Part shown: in pieces, positions 51,401-53,424 of the stretch
Numbering within the stretch: the first letter of the stretch is position 1
How the letters are laid out: the number at the start of each line of letters is the position of its first letter
From: Girardia tigrina
Lineage: Eukaryota
Direction of reading: 5' to 3'
Assembly: GCA_001938485.1 (NCBI GenBank)
Contig: MQRK01231392.1
Span: 16,528-69,951 of the forward strand
Length of the DNA: 53,424 nt
The notes under the pieces: model-generated
Databases searched by the model: none
Seen by the model: the letters and a program-made list of their open reading frames with translations, nothing else
What the model was told of the DNA's origin: nothing
Made by a program: the position numbers and the translations under genes

Positions 51401-51759
51401 TCTATCTACCTGTGCGAGAAGGCATTTTCCTCAATGGTAACAATTAAAACTAAATCTCGAAACCGTCTGCAAGTTGAAGGACATCTTCTCTTGCATTGTC
51501 ACCAATTCAGGCAAGAATGGACCTTCTTTGTTCAAATATACATTCCCATCCTTCCCATTAATTTAAAAATTGCATATGATGTAATAATTTGCCTATTATT
51601 AATAAAGTAAAAACTTTTTTAATATTTGTTTTTTTATTATTTTTTTTATTGTATTATTTTATAATCAAATTATGTTAAAATTTAATACAGTTTGATCTAG
51701 TATTTGTTCCCCAGAAATGTCTTAGAAAAGGGGCACACCCCCTACTTTGGGAACCACTG
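48479..51759 (+). mobile_element. Buster/Charlie-family hAT transposon with both TIRs
   Basis: Perfect 14-bp TIR CAGTGGTTCCCAAA. The 8-bp flanks TGCTAAAT and GTTTAAAT form a diverged TSD, both fitting nnnTAnnn. Confidence 0.93.
49668..51561 (+). pseudogene. Buster transposase pseudogene
   Basis: BED finger PQCIIC..LANESLKP, QIDESTD, CTDSAASMTG, THC, EVRWLSKGKVL, YLCEKAFSS and terminal HPSH*; several frameshifts and stops. Confidence 0.93.
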
Positions 51760-53424
51760 GTTTAAATAGTAAATTTGACATAATTTTAAGATTTTGCGTT
51801 CACAATTTAATAATTACGAAGATGGCGATGTATGGAGCATAGATGATCAAATTCTTTGATTAATAATATTAACAACATCAATATAAGTTTTTAAACATTT
51901 ATTATTATCATAAACGCCTTCACTATTTGACATATTTCTTGATCGATATATTTCTGAATTCAGACTAATTATTTTCAATAAATGAAAATCTTTAAATAAA
52001 AATTATTAATTATAAAGATAATAATTGGTTAAAATTAAATCTAAATATTTTTTAAAGTACATATTTAATTAATATATATATTAAAATTTTAAATTACATT
52101 AAAATTTAAATAATACATTCAAAAATTATTTTAAATCTTTTTACTTTAAAATTAAATTATTTTTAATTAGTAGAAATCAAAGAAAATACAATCATCCATT
52201 TGGGTAGGATAGGCAGAATCCGAAAAGGCACATGCAAAATATCAACACACAATTCAAAACATTCTTCACAAATAAAACAATACTGTACACCATCTTCAAC
52301 TTTATTGAAAGTATTTTTGTGATTTAGAAATTGCATAATATAATAAAAACATTTCTTTTGTATATAAATGCGAATCTATCATTTTTAGTTTAGTTTGGTG
52401 ATGACAGTTGATCCGTTGAAATTAATAATAAAAAATTATGAAGAGTTTTTAGTGTTTTAAATTATTTTTTACTAAATTACTAATAAAAATTGTCAATTAA
52501 ACTTATAATCTTGAAAAAAATGATTTCAAAATCGGTTGAATATGAATTTATTATAAAGAACGATCACTATTCGAAGGTAAATGTTAATTATTCATAGAAG
52601 TTATTAAGAACACCAATATGGGTTTTCGAACATTTATTTTTATTACAATTTGAAATGTCTTTTGTACAAATCTCAGCAAAGCTTTCAGAATTTGACATCT
52701 TTCTAAATTGATAAATTTTTGCTAATAAACAAATATTCGAACAAATTTTCATTTTAAATCATTTCAGATTTTATTTTTAAAAATTCCACTTTTATAATTT
52801 CGGTAATTTTAAAAATGATTTTATTAAAAGAAAAACATTTATTTATTTAAAAAAAGTTAAAAAGTTATTTACTTTATTTAAATATTTTTGATATTAACAT
52901 TCGAAACAATTTAATATTTTAAAAGTCTTTTTTAATATCTTATGTTGAAATTTAAAATGCAAACTATGCTCGAATAACTATTTATTACAAACATATAAAA
53001 TACCATTTTTCCATCTGGGGGGGAAACACATTTCCAAATACTAAACTCGACATACCAAATTTAAAATATTCCTCACAGAAGTAATTATTCTTTGTAATTA
53101 ATATCCGTTCAAAATATTTTTTGAAACAGTAAATTTTATTAAGTAAATAAATATTTTAAAATAAAACTAAAAGAAACATGAAAAAATATTTTGTTGATAA
53201 ACTTTATATCCAGAAATACATGTTCAACAATATCATTAAAGGTAAAAAGTGTGGCGAATTCTATATGCGAAAATTCCTGGTATGGAAGAGTCTTTTGTGG
53301 AAACATTTGTTCCGGAAAAGTCTGGCCGCCATAAGGATGACAAAGTAAAATGACATAGGAATGTTTTGATAACTTTGGAAAGTAAATTTATAAGATAATT
53401 TATAAATTCTGGTAAATGTTCATA

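Overview
Very AT-rich, intron-containing eukaryotic DNA, probably from an invertebrate animal (taxon not determinable here). The draft assembly has N-gaps, two of them inside (TA)n runs. The only confidently named host gene is a complete 5-exon DPH7/WDR85 (21881-27584, +, 319 aa, standard genetic code). Several other exons or ORFs of unknown function are present. Most of the window is transposon debris: three hAT lineages (ZNF862-like relics, a hATm-like element, a TIR-bounded Buster), Tc1/mariner relics, Gypsy pol fragments, a 5'-truncated RLE-type non-LTR retrotransposon, a tRNA-derived SINE pair and MITEs. There is also a 22-bp minisatellite and a modular tandem array at 1-3160. The most unusual items are: (i) a 2050-bp TGTTGGG...CCCAACA element with a 4-bp TSD, nested in the hATm transposase and carrying an unrecognised ORF; (ii) a Gypsy remnant whose probable LTRs carry an MGCG-starting ORF; (iii) GC-rich islands that fold by eye into extensive RNA structures matching no family I recognise (best 6664-6996, also 34957-35091 and 5178-5460). 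All folding, splicing and alignments were done by eye; no database searches were run.
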